From Flectonema sp. DT1601 (taxonomy: Eukaryota): a stretch of 64,000 bases of DNA. The DNA lies in NCBI GenBank assembly GCA_964019425.1, contig OZ025800.1:1178001-1242000 (forward strand). Reading direction: 5' to 3'. How positions within the stretch are numbered: the first letter of the stretch is position 1; every line of letters begins with the position of its first letter. A program made the position numbers and the translations under genes. The notes under the pieces were generated by a model that was not told the DNA's origin, searched no databases, and worked only from the letters and a program-made list of their open reading frames with translations. Below are positions 12,407 to 24,044 of this stretch, piece after piece.

Positions 12407-14056
12407 ATGCAATACTTGTCTGTTATAATAATCACACAAGTAATATCATGCGCTCCGGGTGATACCTTTGGTTGGGATGCTTCGAATGTGAAGTTCAGTG
12501 ACACGTCGACTGTTGAACAATCGCTCGAGATGATGTGTCCGTCAGGCTCAATGATAACTTCTGTAAAAGCAACGTATTCAGATCAATATAGTGATAGAGC
12601 TTTTACTGTTAAATGCTATGGAATGAATGCTGGTTTTAGTATTAGCCCAGCAGACTATTACCTAAGCAGTTCTAAGCAAGTCTATCACAATCCTAATACG
12701 ATGCACGGAAGAACACCATTTGGATTACAAGCTCCCTATCACAGAATGATGAGTCCTGTAAAAGGTGATTCTCCTTGGACAAGACAATGTGAAGATGGTT
12801 ATGTTTTAACAGGTGTCATTTCACAGTATATCAGTAGAGCTCATGCTCGTGAATGGGACTTTCGCTGCAGTAGAATCATTCCAAATGTGTACTCTGTGTC
12901 ACTAGCTATTGGTAAGTTTAATGATTACTACGAACCGATAGATATGACTGTTAGTAGTCCATCAAGTGTCATTGGCTTTAAAACTGAGAGACAGCATTCA
13001 AGTACAACAACAGATCGAAAATGGTCTTTACTATCAAGTGTTTTATGTAAAGTTGGACCAGCAATAGATCCGACGTTAGCACCAGCAACACCATCACCGA
13101 TATCAACAGTTTTTCATACTAATGTTCCGATGTCGCAATCACCAACCACAGACATTCCTGTTACTGAATCTACTGCTATTCCGTCACCTGTTCAAATAGC
13201 AACTGTGATTCCCATCACAGAATTACCTACTTCTATGTTACCGAAGACATATGTTCCTTTTCAACCATCACTTGTCACATTAAGAGAAGGTCAATCAAGA
13301 TCATCTAACATAGATGGAAATCCATTATATCTTTATGATAAAACAATTGGATGGATCGATGATTCAGTATCTCATTATGATAGGGTTCCTGAATATATGA
13401 AAGGAGCATCTCTGTGGTTACTTTCAAAACAAATATTACCAAACGAACTAATTACAATTACCTGTAACGGTCATGGAGATACGAGTAGTGTGTGTGATAT
13501 ATTTATTATGTTATTAGTTGATAATAAAAACAATCTTGATTCCTTATTATCGAATAACTGGATTGTTACTGACTGTGCTCCAATTGCTGTCGATCAGTTG
13601 GGGATACCAAATCAAATGATTGTTTTAAGAAAGGCAATTTCTTTCTTGAGTGTTGAAGAGGTTTATATGCCGAAAGTAAAAACACCTTTTACTGGGATAG
13701 CTGTTCATGTCTTTTCAAAGAATTGTAAGGCTGCTTCTGAAGTAAGTTGCGAAACTGGTGCAGACTACTGCCGGTGGTCTTCAAGACTTTGTCATTTTGG
13801 AGACAGCTGCGGTGGTTCAATTTATTCCAATACTCCACCCCCAACGAAATCACCCACTACTGGTATTAGTTTTTCCGGAAACGTAAACCCAACCACTTCT
13901 TCATCTTCTTCTACTACTTCGATTCTGTTTCCAATTCTAATTAGTACTGTTGGGCTGTGTGGTGTTGTTGTTTGTATTTATTTATTACTAAAAGATATAT
14001 CAAAACAAACAGCGAGTGAACATTCGAAAGTATTAGCAAGTGGGGCAGCCGTGTAA
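12407..14056 (+). CDS. Single-pass surface protein (549 aa): signal peptide, dermatopontin-like head, short S/T/P stalk, Cys-containing unknown domain, C-terminal TM helix
   Basis: The head has SDRAFTVKC, SPWTRQC..AREWDFRC and DRKWSLLSSVLC, matching the neighbouring paralogs. TM segment ILFPILISTVGLCGVVVCIYLLL. AAAACAG precedes the ATG. Confidence 0.88.
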   Translation: MQYLSVIIITQVISCAPGDTFGWDASNVKFSDTSTVEQSLEMMCPSGSMITSVKATYSDQYSDRAFTVKCYGMNAGFSISPADYYLSSSKQVYHNPNTMHGRTPFGLQAPYHRMMSPVKGDSPWTRQCEDGYVLTGVISQYISRAHAREWDFRCSRIIPNVYSVSLAIGKFNDYYEPIDMTVSSPSSVIGFKTERQHSSTTTDRKWSLLSSVLCKVGPAIDPTLAPATPSPISTVFHTNVPMSQSPTTDIPVTESTAIPSPVQIATVIPITELPTSMLPKTYVPFQPSLVTLREGQSRSSNIDGNPLYLYDKTIGWIDDSVSHYDRVPEYMKGASLWLLSKQILPNELITITCNGHGDTSSVCDIFIMLLVDNKNNLDSLLSNNWIVTDCAPIAVDQLGIPNQMIVLRKAISFLSVEEVYMPKVKTPFTGIAVHVFSKNCKAASEVSCETGADYCRWSSRLCHFGDSCGGSIYSNTPPPTKSPTTGISFSGNVNPTTSSSSSTTSILFPILISTVGLCGVVVCIYLLLKDISKQTASEHSKVLASGAAV

Positions 14057-15009
14057 CTGTTCCTTCTGATTGTTAATTTGGGCTGTAATAGTTCATCTGC
14101 GTTGTGTTATTGCGGGGTTTAATCGTCTTTGCTCTTTGCAACCACTTGAGGTTTTGCGAAGTTATTTCTTATTGACTTGCAAAGCGTTTTCTCCCTTTTT
14201 TTTGTTTTCGTTTCCGTTTCCGTTCTTGTTTTTTTTTTTTTTTTTTGCATTTTAACAAGCAGCAGTAACACTGTATAAAGCTAAAAAAAAGGGGCATATA
14301 AAAAACCTTCGTTTCCTGTTCACGATTTGCTGTCGAATACTTTTCTATTTTTACCGTTATAAAAACACGGTTCGAATCCGAGACGATGTTTTTTTTATAT
14401 ATTCGGAGTTAGTTAGTTCCCTCATCCACTACCCGAAGGAGATAGTACTACTTTCACCCCTTAGCTGGTATGAAGGTGCATATGCGTTGAAAGTTCGAGC
14501 TATTAATTCTTTGTTGCTGTTGCTGTTTCGTTGCTTTGCTTTTGCTTCTGTCTTACAAACAATTTATTATTTTTTCTTTCCTTTTTTTTTTTCCCGTGTT
14601 TGTTTACAATTCGTGTTGCGTAGCTTTTTTTCCCTTCAAAGAGAAGGTTTTCTTGTGCGCTATTTGTTCATTTCGTGGACTAACTTTATAATCAAACAAC
14701 GTAGAAAGCTGACAATATTGGGTCTTACTCACGTTGCTGTCAGTGAAGATTGATAATACGCAATGTGACGGATTCTTATCTATTTAATTGCGTGTTCGAA
14801 AATGCGGAACTCACTTCTTTGCGAGAAAGTTATTTATGAAGTTGGTTTATTTTTTTTTTAAAATTTTTTTTTTTATGAAACTTTTGAATTGGCTTACAAA
14901 TCAAGACATGTGATGGATCTATCAACAACTATCGCATGCTTTATAAGTTTGCCGATTCTTTTTTTCTTTTTTTCCCCTCCCTCTTTTTTTTTACTAAAAT
15001 ATAATTTTC

Positions 15010-15120
15010 CCTTTTTTCTAAACGTAATCTTTCTTTGATTAGCAATTCTAGTCAAGCACTTGATATTAATTTTGTTTTTTACCTAAAGTTGTTACTGTTT
15101 TTATATTGTCAAAGTTTCAC
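15010..15120. repeat. Dispersed repeat family B, copy 1
   Basis: agtcaagcacttgatattaattttgttttt..acctaaagttgttactgtttttatattgtcaaagttt matches 52965-53085. Confidence 0.85.
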
Positions 15121-15159
15121 CCTCTTTTTTTTACTACACTCAAGTTTGAGTCGATTTGT

Positions 15160-15262
15160 TTTTTATTTATTTATTTTATTTTAGCTGAAGCTAATCCATG
15201 CTGAGTCTTCGGAAACAGATAATCTGTCGATGTGAGTTACGCTCATAATTCAGCAACGGTTC
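15160..15262. repeat. Structured dispersed repeat family A, copy 3 (internally deleted, flanked by a (TTTTA)n tract)
   Basis: ttattttattttagctgaagctaatccatgc..tcttcgga..tgtgagttacgctcataattcagcaacg. Confidence 0.7.
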
Positions 15263-15865
15263 TGCGTTACTACCGCAGAACAATTGTGTTTTTTTTTTTT
15301 TTTTTTTTTTTTTCTTCTTTGATGCACGATATAGTAACAAACTGTGGTCTGGGGAAAATATTTTTTTTTTGTCCTTACGATTTTTATTATTGATTTCATC
15401 ATTTTATTATTTATTATTTATTTGTGATAACGAACTGCTATTCGTCGACCAATACTGACTGATAGCACATCGCAGCTTTGTATCAGCGATATTTTAATAT
15501 ACCGTGAGATATCTCTCTATGTTGTACCACTGAACTATAGCAGGTTAAGTTAAACCCGCAAAATCCTCAAACGTCGCAAGGCGTTTTTTTTTTTTTTTTT
15601 TTTTTTTTTAGTTTTTATGTTGTTTTTTTGAAGTTTATTCTGCTTTTCCCGATAGGCAAATCGAATATTGGAAAATCCTTTAATTTTCTATAATAGAGTT
15701 GTTGATTATGGTTGTGAACAATTGTATTGTGACTTCCTTAACTGCTATTTGGGTTTAATGTTGAATTATGTTGTTCTTTCAAAACTTAGAATACGAAAAC
15801 TGTTTTTTTTTTTAAATTTTTATATCGTTTATTGTCTAAACAGGTCGCGGGCTACACAAAACAAA

Positions 15866-18853
15866 ATGTGGCTCTTTATCCTTGCTACACTTTCAGCACC
15901 GTGTGCGCAGTGGAAGGATATCGGATTGTCATTCATGGCTAACACATTAGATAATCCTTTAGATGCAAAGTGTGATGTCGCTAACAATCAGGTTGTAATA
16001 TCAATGAAAAGTGATACTTATGACAGTACTGCTGGTGACAGATGGTGGAAGATTACTTGTGGAGAATTACAACAACCATTCACAGTCGATGAAAACAGTT
16101 GTTATTGGACTGGAGACACTATAGGTATAACCCCAGCACAGGGAAAGTCTCCATGGGAAAGAACTGCTCCTGATGGAGAAGTCACTTGTGGAATTAAGTC
16201 TTGGCACGTTAATAATCTTAGTGATAGGCAGTGGAGTTTTTATTTCTGTCGTCTTCTTCCAGAGGCTACCCGTGAATCTTCTTTCACTACACCAACGTCG
16301 GGAACCTATCAAATCATCGACTTTTCTGCTGCTGATGAACATTTCTTTTATAACTTCTATGGTAATAAACCTGTTACCCCTGTAAAAGATAGGCAGTGGC
16401 GGCTCAAGACTGCGAAACTTTGTGCGGCCACATCAGTGCCAACGACGGTTCCAACTGCTGTTCCGACAGCGATCCCAACAGCCGTTCCGACTGCGATTCC
16501 AACAGCCATTCCAACTGCTGTACCCACAGCGATCCCGACTGCAATTCCGACTGCGATCCCGACGGCTGTGCCGACTGCGATCCCAACAGCGATCCCGACG
16601 GCTGTACCCACAGCCGTTCCGACTGCGATTCCAACAGCCATTCCAACTGCTGTACCCACAGCAATTCCAACTGCAATTCCGACTGCGATCCCAACAGCGA
16701 TCCCGACGGCTGTACCGACTGCGATCCCGACTGCAATTCCGACTGCGATTCCAACAGCCATTCCAACTGCGATCCCAACGGCTGTGCCGACTGCGATCCC
16801 AACTGCAATTCCGACTGCCATTCCAACAGCCATTCCAACTGCGATCCCAACGGCTGTGCCGACTGCGATCCCGACGGCTGTGCCGACTGCGATCCCAACT
16901 GCAATTCCGACTGCCATTCCAACAGCCATTCCAACTGCGATCCCAACGGCTGTGCCGACTGCGATCCCGACGGCAATTCCGACTGCGATTCCAACAGCCA
17001 TTCCAACTGCGATCCCAACTGCGATCCCGACTGCTGTACCCACAGAGATTCCGACTGCAATCCCGACAACAGTGCCTACTGCGATACCGACGGCTGTCCC
17101 AACAGTGATCCCTACTGCGAGTCCGACAGCTTTGCCAACGGCGATCCCCACTAGGGTTCCCACCGCTATTCCGACTGCGGTCCCAACGGTGATTCCAAAC
17201 GTAATCCCAACTGCAGTTCCTACTGCTGCCCCAACCGCAGTACCCACTGGGGTTCCAACGCCTCCGAGTGATGCGCCAACTGCAAATCCAACAGAAGCCT
17301 TAATGGGTGCTTCTCAATCCCTTGAAGGGAATAAGACAGCAGACATGGAGTTACTGACTGAGGATTCTTACCTTTCGAGTGAAACGAAATCTACTGCAGG
17401 AGCAGTTCTCACGGGAGCGTCGATGCTTATCGGGGGATCTGCAGCCCCAATAATGCCAATGCTACTTGTTGTATCTGCGCCGTGTGTTGTAACTGAGAAA
17501 AGAAAATTACCTTTACCCTTACACCCGACACAACTAATAATTGATGATCATTATACTTATGCAGCAATGTTTTATAATATTTTATTTATTGTTGTTGTGA
17601 GTGCGGTAAGTGTACCGTTGATATATGTCGCCAAACTACTATTTCCAAAGCATGAGGATCACTTGGGGTTACTGAGATTTCCATCAGTGCCGATGTTTAT
17701 ATTTGTTGTGTTTTATCAAGGAATTGTTTTGGCTTCGTTTATGACTTTATATTATCCGCAAACGGTGCAGACCGCGTTTGTTGCTGCTGCTTTACTGCTG
17801 TGCTGCTCAACCATTCCTGCATTTGTCTGTTTTCGTTTAGGAACGCAGACGCAAATGTCAGCTAGCTATGAGTATCCTCATTACTTGGAAAGTAAATTTA
17901 TTGTTTTTATTGTTGGTCCAGGTGAATGGGTCAGCAGAAGTCAATCGTATCTATTTTCAAAACGCTATACTCATCTTATTCGTCCGTACAAACCAGGTTT
18001 GACTTGGTTTTTATTTTTTAATCTCGCAATGATCTTTACTGTTTCTGCTATTAATGCGTTCAATACATCTGACTTAGAATCTTGTGGAGCGGTACGGCTT
18101 TGCTCCGGATTAGTATTTTTAACCATGGGTTTGGTGTATATAAAATTAAAGCCATTTTGTAGACCACGTGACAATGTCTTTTTCCCATTGATCATGGGTA
18201 TGGTTGCTATTTCTTTGTTTTTGGTGGCATTTTCTTACTTTACACATGATGGTGGACCGAAGGAAGTTTCGGGAGTTATCGATCTTTTGGTTGGAGTAGT
18301 TTTTATTATAAAACTGGTGATAGATCTAATCACAGAAATCTATTTATTAAAGAAGGATAGGCGTAATGTAATTCAAGAAGAACTTTGGAGGAAATACAAC
18401 AATGTTAGTGAGGTTGTGAATGAAAGTTTTGCTGCCTTTAAGATGGATGACTCCGATAGCTTTGGATTACTTCCAACTGAATCACAGTCAATTCCGTGTC
18501 TTAGTATAAACCACAGTCCTGAAAGTGTTGTGAGTGGTGATCCTGGTATCGTTGCTACAGAATCAGCACCTAGTCAGGTGACACCATTGGGATCTAATAT
18601 TCTTATTACTGTTCGTGATGAATCTGCTAATGATTTTGTTGTTGATAAAAGTATTTTTGAGTCACCTCCACCGATCCTGTCGCCGGGGGTTGCCAGCATC
18701 TTTTCTAACACCAGTTTTACACCTCAAGGCGGAGATTCCCGTCCTAGAGGTCACAGTTTTGGAGGATGCTCCACAGGCTCTGTGCTGACAGGTTCTACTC
18801 GTCCGTTAACACCTCCGAGGAAGAGGCGTCCCACGATGATCATTACAATTTAA
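15866..18853 (+). CDS. Surface membrane protein (about 995 aa), paralog of 3649..6897
   Basis: Start revised from the ORF-track TTG at 15668 to ATG 15866 (MWLFILATL), after an AAACAG acceptor at 15843. It has DRWWKITC, DRQWSFYFC and DRQWRLKTAKLC, a PTAI stalk, and a TM domain with LPLPLHPTQL, GLLRFPS and GPGEWVS. Confidence 0.9.
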   Translation: MWLFILATLSAPCAQWKDIGLSFMANTLDNPLDAKCDVANNQVVISMKSDTYDSTAGDRWWKITCGELQQPFTVDENSCYWTGDTIGITPAQGKSPWERTAPDGEVTCGIKSWHVNNLSDRQWSFYFCRLLPEATRESSFTTPTSGTYQIIDFSAADEHFFYNFYGNKPVTPVKDRQWRLKTAKLCAATSVPTTVPTAVPTAIPTAVPTAIPTAIPTAVPTAIPTAIPTAIPTAVPTAIPTAIPTAVPTAVPTAIPTAIPTAVPTAIPTAIPTAIPTAIPTAVPTAIPTAIPTAIPTAIPTAIPTAVPTAIPTAIPTAIPTAIPTAIPTAVPTAIPTAVPTAIPTAIPTAIPTAIPTAIPTAVPTAIPTAIPTAIPTAIPTAIPTAIPTAVPTEIPTAIPTTVPTAIPTAVPTVIPTASPTALPTAIPTRVPTAIPTAVPTVIPNVIPTAVPTAAPTAVPTGVPTPPSDAPTANPTEALMGASQSLEGNKTADMELLTEDSYLSSETKSTAGAVLTGASMLIGGSAAPIMPMLLVVSAPCVVTEKRKLPLPLHPTQLIIDDHYTYAAMFYNILFIVVVSAVSVPLIYVAKLLFPKHEDHLGLLRFPSVPMFIFVVFYQGIVLASFMTLYYPQTVQTAFVAAALLLCCSTIPAFVCFRLGTQTQMSASYEYPHYLESKFIVFIVGPGEWVSRSQSYLFSKRYTHLIRPYKPGLTWFLFFNLAMIFTVSAINAFNTSDLESCGAVRLCSGLVFLTMGLVYIKLKPFCRPRDNVFFPLIMGMVAISLFLVAFSYFTHDGGPKEVSGVIDLLVGVVFIIKLVIDLITEIYLLKKDRRNVIQEELWRKYNNVSEVVNESFAAFKMDDSDSFGLLPTESQSIPCLSINHSPESVVSGDPGIVATESAPSQVTPLGSNILITVRDESANDFVVDKSIFESPPPILSPGVASIFSNTSFTPQGGDSRPRGHSFGGCSTGSVLTGSTRPLTPPRKRRPTMIITI
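16430..17290 (+). repeat. 12-bp coding tandem repeat (PTAI-rich stalk)
   Basis: About 70 units, with recurrent higher-order blocks such as ccgactgcgattccaacagccattccaactgc. Confidence 0.95.
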
Positions 18854-20469
18854 AATTAAAACAGGTCCACAAAAACCTGTCTTTTTGTTACCTTTATAAC
18901 AGTTCTTATACAGTTATCCAATTTAAATTTTTGGAAAAATTTGTTGTCACCTCCGTACGTAAAAACACAAAAATTCGTTTTTTTTAGTGTTCATTTTTTT
19001 TATTTTTCTTTTTATTTTACATTTTACTTCCCTCTGAACATTTATTTTCTTGCGAGAGTCGGTCGGTATTGACTGAATGATTACTTTCATAGTCTTGTTT
19101 TTTTCCAATTATCTGGGTGCGTTCTTTCGAGTACTCCTGGTTAGTTGAAGCAACAAGATACCTTGCTGGGTACCCTTTCGGTAGCCTGTGGTTGAAAAGT
19201 ACTATCGGTTAATACGTCGGCAAGTTTTATGTAGTCATGTGGAAAAGGAGGAGGGAAAAAAAAAAAAAATTTCTTTTTTTTGTCTTGCTTTACTTCTAAC
19301 GGTGTTTGATTAAGTTTTAATTGTGAGAATCAACTCAAAACCACCCAGTTTCGAGTGCACCTAATTGCACTCGGGACTAGTGTCAAGCAAGTAACCTTCG
19401 TAATCCAGTTCGACTCTTTCTTGTTCCAGCGATATCCTTTCAATGCTCCTTTCAGCTCAACGGTTTATTACTCTGTCCACATTGTGTTTTATTTTCTTTC
19501 CTTCATCACTCAATGAGGATACCAGTTGTACTACTTGTAGCAGTATAGATTACCGAGTCTAATAAGATAATCTTCTCGGGATTAGGTCCAACCTTCTACC
19601 GCAGTATTTAAGACCTTCGAAGAGCCAGACGGTACTCTTTGAGTGTCTACCTAAACTGATACTACGGTGATATGTTGGATTCATTAACTATCTGTTGTAA
19701 GGGAAAACTGATAACCTAGTCCCCCAGAGATGGGGGAGGGTCCTCATTAATCTTTGTCTATTACTGACGCCACCCTTTCTTATTAAATCTTAGTATCCGC
19801 GACGACTGTTGGAAGGCCTTGCCTTAGTCATTCTGTCAAGTATGTTTGCATTCTTTTAATTGATGTAATGATGCTTGCGGTGAATGCTCTATTGGTTGTT
19901 CAATAAATAACTTTCCATTTCTGTATCTTGATCCGGTCATCCTGTTTCTGCTCTTATAAATATCTATTACCGTTTCCCCTCTCCTTTGATTCTTTTTTTG
20001 TCTTGATATCGTTGGAACAATGTTTTATTTTTTTTACTTTTTTCGAAAAAGTTTTCAGATAAAAAGCGTTACTCAACGATGTTGAATAACCACTACGCTG
20101 TTTTCTGAGGCAAATAATAATATTATGATTCTTTTTCTCTTTCCTTTTGTTTATCTGTTTGCATGAACAACAACTTGGACACTTGTGAGTCTATCATGTA
20201 TAAGTTTTTAATGATTTCCATTAAACAACTCTACTCGTTCACGGCGTGCACTTAAAAGTCTGAAATTAGATAGATTGCCTGTTTTCAATTTTCTTTTCCG
20301 TTTTTTTTTTTTTTTTCTTTTCTCGAACACTTCAATGGGATCGTTGAAGCCCTTTTTTTTTTATCATTTTTATTTTTTTTAAAAATTTTTTTTTTTGGTT
20401 TGTCACTTATGATAATGGTGTGACGGATATTGTACCAAAAAAAAAAAAAAAAAAAACCTTCGCTCTTAA

Positions 20470-20880
20470 TGAGTGTGGTTCAGACTGCTTCGTCAAGTTT
20501 AGTTTTCACAGACTGGCTGACCAACAACACTTTTATATTAGTATTCCAATCAATACAAATAATAAGTTTCTTTGCGTCTAAGACCTCGACAACTGCGTCT
20601 GTAATTTGTAGCCTTAGTTGGATAACATTAACGACACACGATGTTGAAATTACTTTTGCTACTCTTAAGTTTGTGCGAATATCACCACTTGACCCTGACC
20701 CTGAGGACAGGGTTGCGGTATTACCTTTAAACAATCAATGAGTAGATCCCTTAGCAGTATTGATCTGCATTAAGGTTACGTTAACATTATCTGTAATTAG
20801 ATGAATGTAGTTCCTCAAACAATATTAATAATAGGATTTGGTTTGCTCAGCGCTAAGCATCCTTCAACAATGTACTTAGT
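20470..20880 (-). pseudogene. Possible decayed APE-type endonuclease fragment of a non-LTR retrotransposon
   Basis: The minus-strand translation gives, in the expected order, IVEGC (cf. WNVxG), DNVNVTLMQINT (cf. DIxxLQET), GSGSSG, VVNVI and LIICIDWN (cf. IIxGDFN), with stops and frameshifts. Confidence 0.35.
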
Positions 20881-21900
20881 CACTCGGACAATGTGTGTGT
20901 TTCGAAGTGCAATTGGATGTTTTGGTGTTTTTTTTTAATTTTTTTTTTTCCCAAGCAACTCCCACCGCAGCAGTGGTCACTATACGCAAGTTTCGTTCGT
21001 ATTGTTAATACCGGTTGGTCTATCTCGACACTCACAGTCACGTAGTTGGAGGAAGAAGGACTTTATTTAATTTTACAATTTGTGAGTTTCGCTGTTAGTA
21101 AATCTGATGAAAATTCTTATCCTGCGCTCGCCAACTAACGTGGTTGTGATTGTGGTCTGAGTGTTTCTGATGTTCAGTTGTACCTTTCGGAATTTATTTT
21201 TTTATTTTTTCATTCACCATCGCACTAAATCTGATGGTGAAACAACTTTTCTATTTCTTTGATGTCGTTACGGCTGTGTCGTGAGTTTAGGTGCATTCTC
21301 TCTTCACAGTAGTACTCTACCATCTGTCTGTCTGTTGTTATATTTTTAGTTTTAAAAGAAAGTTACAAATGAATAAAAGAATAGAAACGGACTATTCTTC
21401 GAGTAAGCTAACTACACAATCTTATTGTACCCAAAAGTAGAGATCTGTTTTGCGTAAATAAGCTTAGTTTGAGTTGGTAAAGAAGAAGGAAAAAACCTTT
21501 CTTGTTAATATGTGTATCTGAGAGCAGTAGTGGATGGCAGATCTCTCGCCAACACTAAACTCTTTGTCATTTTCATCAACGACAATAAACTGTTGTGATG
21601 AGTTCACACGCATGTATGAATAACGGATGACTGATTATTGTACTGTCCTCCTTTTCTGGCTCCTCTCCATTTTAAATTACGGTTGATTTACCAGCAAGAA
21701 ATCCCGTTGTGGTATCTCGCGGTGACTCTTTCTGTAGTCTTTTTTTTAGCGCTCATTTGCCCTGATTTTGGTTTTTGGTATTTTTCTGTTTTTCGTTCTC
21801 CTTCTTTTTTCCGATGTTTATTTTTGTTTTTTATTTCAGGTATGTCTATGTCTCTCCCTGCCAGTGAGAGTCTCACGGGAATACAATACGTTACGTGAGC

Positions 21901-21937
<37 letters not shown>

Positions 21938-24044
21938 AACACGAAGAAATGTTGAAAAGGCAACCATTAAACTCCTCATGTAGCTCGACGGTATAATTCG
22001 ATTCACAACTAAATTAATTGTTAGTAGTTGGTTTAGCCAAAGCCAATTCTTCTTTTATATTATTGTATCAACTCAATGATACCATTCAATTGTTTTTAAT
22101 GGATAGCTGCGTGATAATGAATATCACAGTTATCCATCAAAGAAAGAAAACATCAGCAGATTATCACCCGTTACACCCCTCAGATTGCTCAGCTCAATTT
22201 TTTTTTTTTTTGCTCTCTAAAAAAAAAAAGAACCCCTTCAAGCATCACTGTAGTCACCGTATCGTTAACAGATATCTTGTTTGTTGTGATACATTATATT
22301 TTATAATGTAGGTCAATAATCTATTTTGACTATGTTATTTGTCACCTCTATTTCGAGTACTTTAGAGCGTCAGGGTATCGTCCTCTCCGCTCTCATGTTA
22401 GCCCCAATCAAGTTATAGTGTCACCACAATTATTGTGGTTCTGCTGTGTATGAATAATGTTGCCCCTTTCAAAAAAAAAAGAATACAAAAAAAAATAACC
22501 CACCTTGCGATAGCATTATTTATGTGTTTTCTCGTTGTTAGCTCACTGCGAGTTAAGATACCAAGTTATCAATCAATGTGGTACGTTCTCTGTATTCTAT
22601 TTCAGTACTACCGTATCCTCATCTGTTTGCTTCCGAGACACTACTCATCGCTCTATATTTTCACCCTCTTTGCTCAGTGGTCTTTCAGTTGGCATCCCAT
22701 GTCCCTTTAGTGACACTGGTGCCTCATTGGAACTAGTGTTTCACAAGTTGTTACTTATGTTTATATTAATGCTACTTCGTACTATTCTCTTTGATGATTT
22801 GTTTGATTATTTGTTTCAACTGAAACCCTCTTCGTGTGCCACATCTATTCGATTAAAGTTGCTTACTTACCTTCCCTATTTGGCGAAAATAATACGTTGT
22901 CGGCAGCACATGCTGATAGTTGTTCACTTAAAGTAAGTTAACTTTGTTATCCTTGCGACGAACAGGTGGAAAAAACGGTTTCAGGGTTGTGATTTCTCTG
23001 TCTGTGATATCGTCTCCTTTACGCTTCTCGGCTGTTGTTGTTGTTGTGTATTACTGACCATTCATTCGCAGCTATATGGGTTGAAACTTGTCATTACTAT
23101 TGTTCAGTCGTAGCGATTTTTCCATTTTTTTTTTTTAAATTTTCTCAGCCTTTCCTGAGGTGATTTTTCACTCTTTATTTATTTATGAAATGGAATGTAA
23201 ATTCATCTTATTCCAAGTCTCTTTTTCTTTTTTTTGTTCCTTTGTACGCTTCGTATTCTTCCTCAGTGGTCTGGTCCAGAACGACTGAGATTTCAATAAG
23301 AACAAAACTAATATAAAAAAAAAAAAACAAGCAAGAATATAAATTTATTAGCTGACATTCTCGGGGTTCGTTGAACCTTGGAATGCGGTTCTTGTTTTAT
23401 TCCACTCCCCTGTTTTATTATTTAACTTGCACTCCTCTTTAGTCATGTAGTATATATTTACATCGACTGTGTGTTGATGTAATGTGTGTGAGATTATTCG
23501 TTTGTGATTCCTCATGTCACGATCCCTTCTGTTTGTTTTCTCCTTCCTGCAACTGTTGCTTGTTTAGATAAAATAAATAAATTAGAAAATCGATAATCGA
23601 TCAAACGTACACAAAGCAATACGTTGCAAGTTTCTCAACTACTAAGGGAAAAATAGAACGTAAGCATCAAAATTATCTATAACCCCCTGTACTTTATTTC
23701 TGGAAGCAAATCTTGACTTACGGCTCCCTACAGTATTTCAGTTTTTTTTTTTATTATTTGTTTTGTCAGTTTACGGTTTTTTTTTTATAATTTTTTTTTT
23801 TTTTTAAAAATCAGTTCTCTCGAATTAGAGAATATTACCGAGTATTAGTGATAGAAAGAAAGGAAGAAAATAAATAACAAAAGTCTGTTGTACTGTAAGT
23901 GTGACCCAGAGTCTTTTACAATTGAGCAGTATAGTAGAGTACTCACTGCTGCTTGTTTTGTCACCACTGTAAGTATTACCAGCTGTTATCGCAGTGAGAT
24001 TATTATCTAATCATTATAGAACCCTTCTATTTATAGTTGATAGT

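Noticed and set aside
15668..15865. 66-aa N-terminal extension given by the ORF track
   Set aside because: It starts at TTG, crosses a poly-T run and lies upstream of the AAACAG acceptor. The signal-like N-terminus begins at 15866.
16357..17247. Four overlapping ORFs over the second stalk
   Set aside because: Same repeat artefact.
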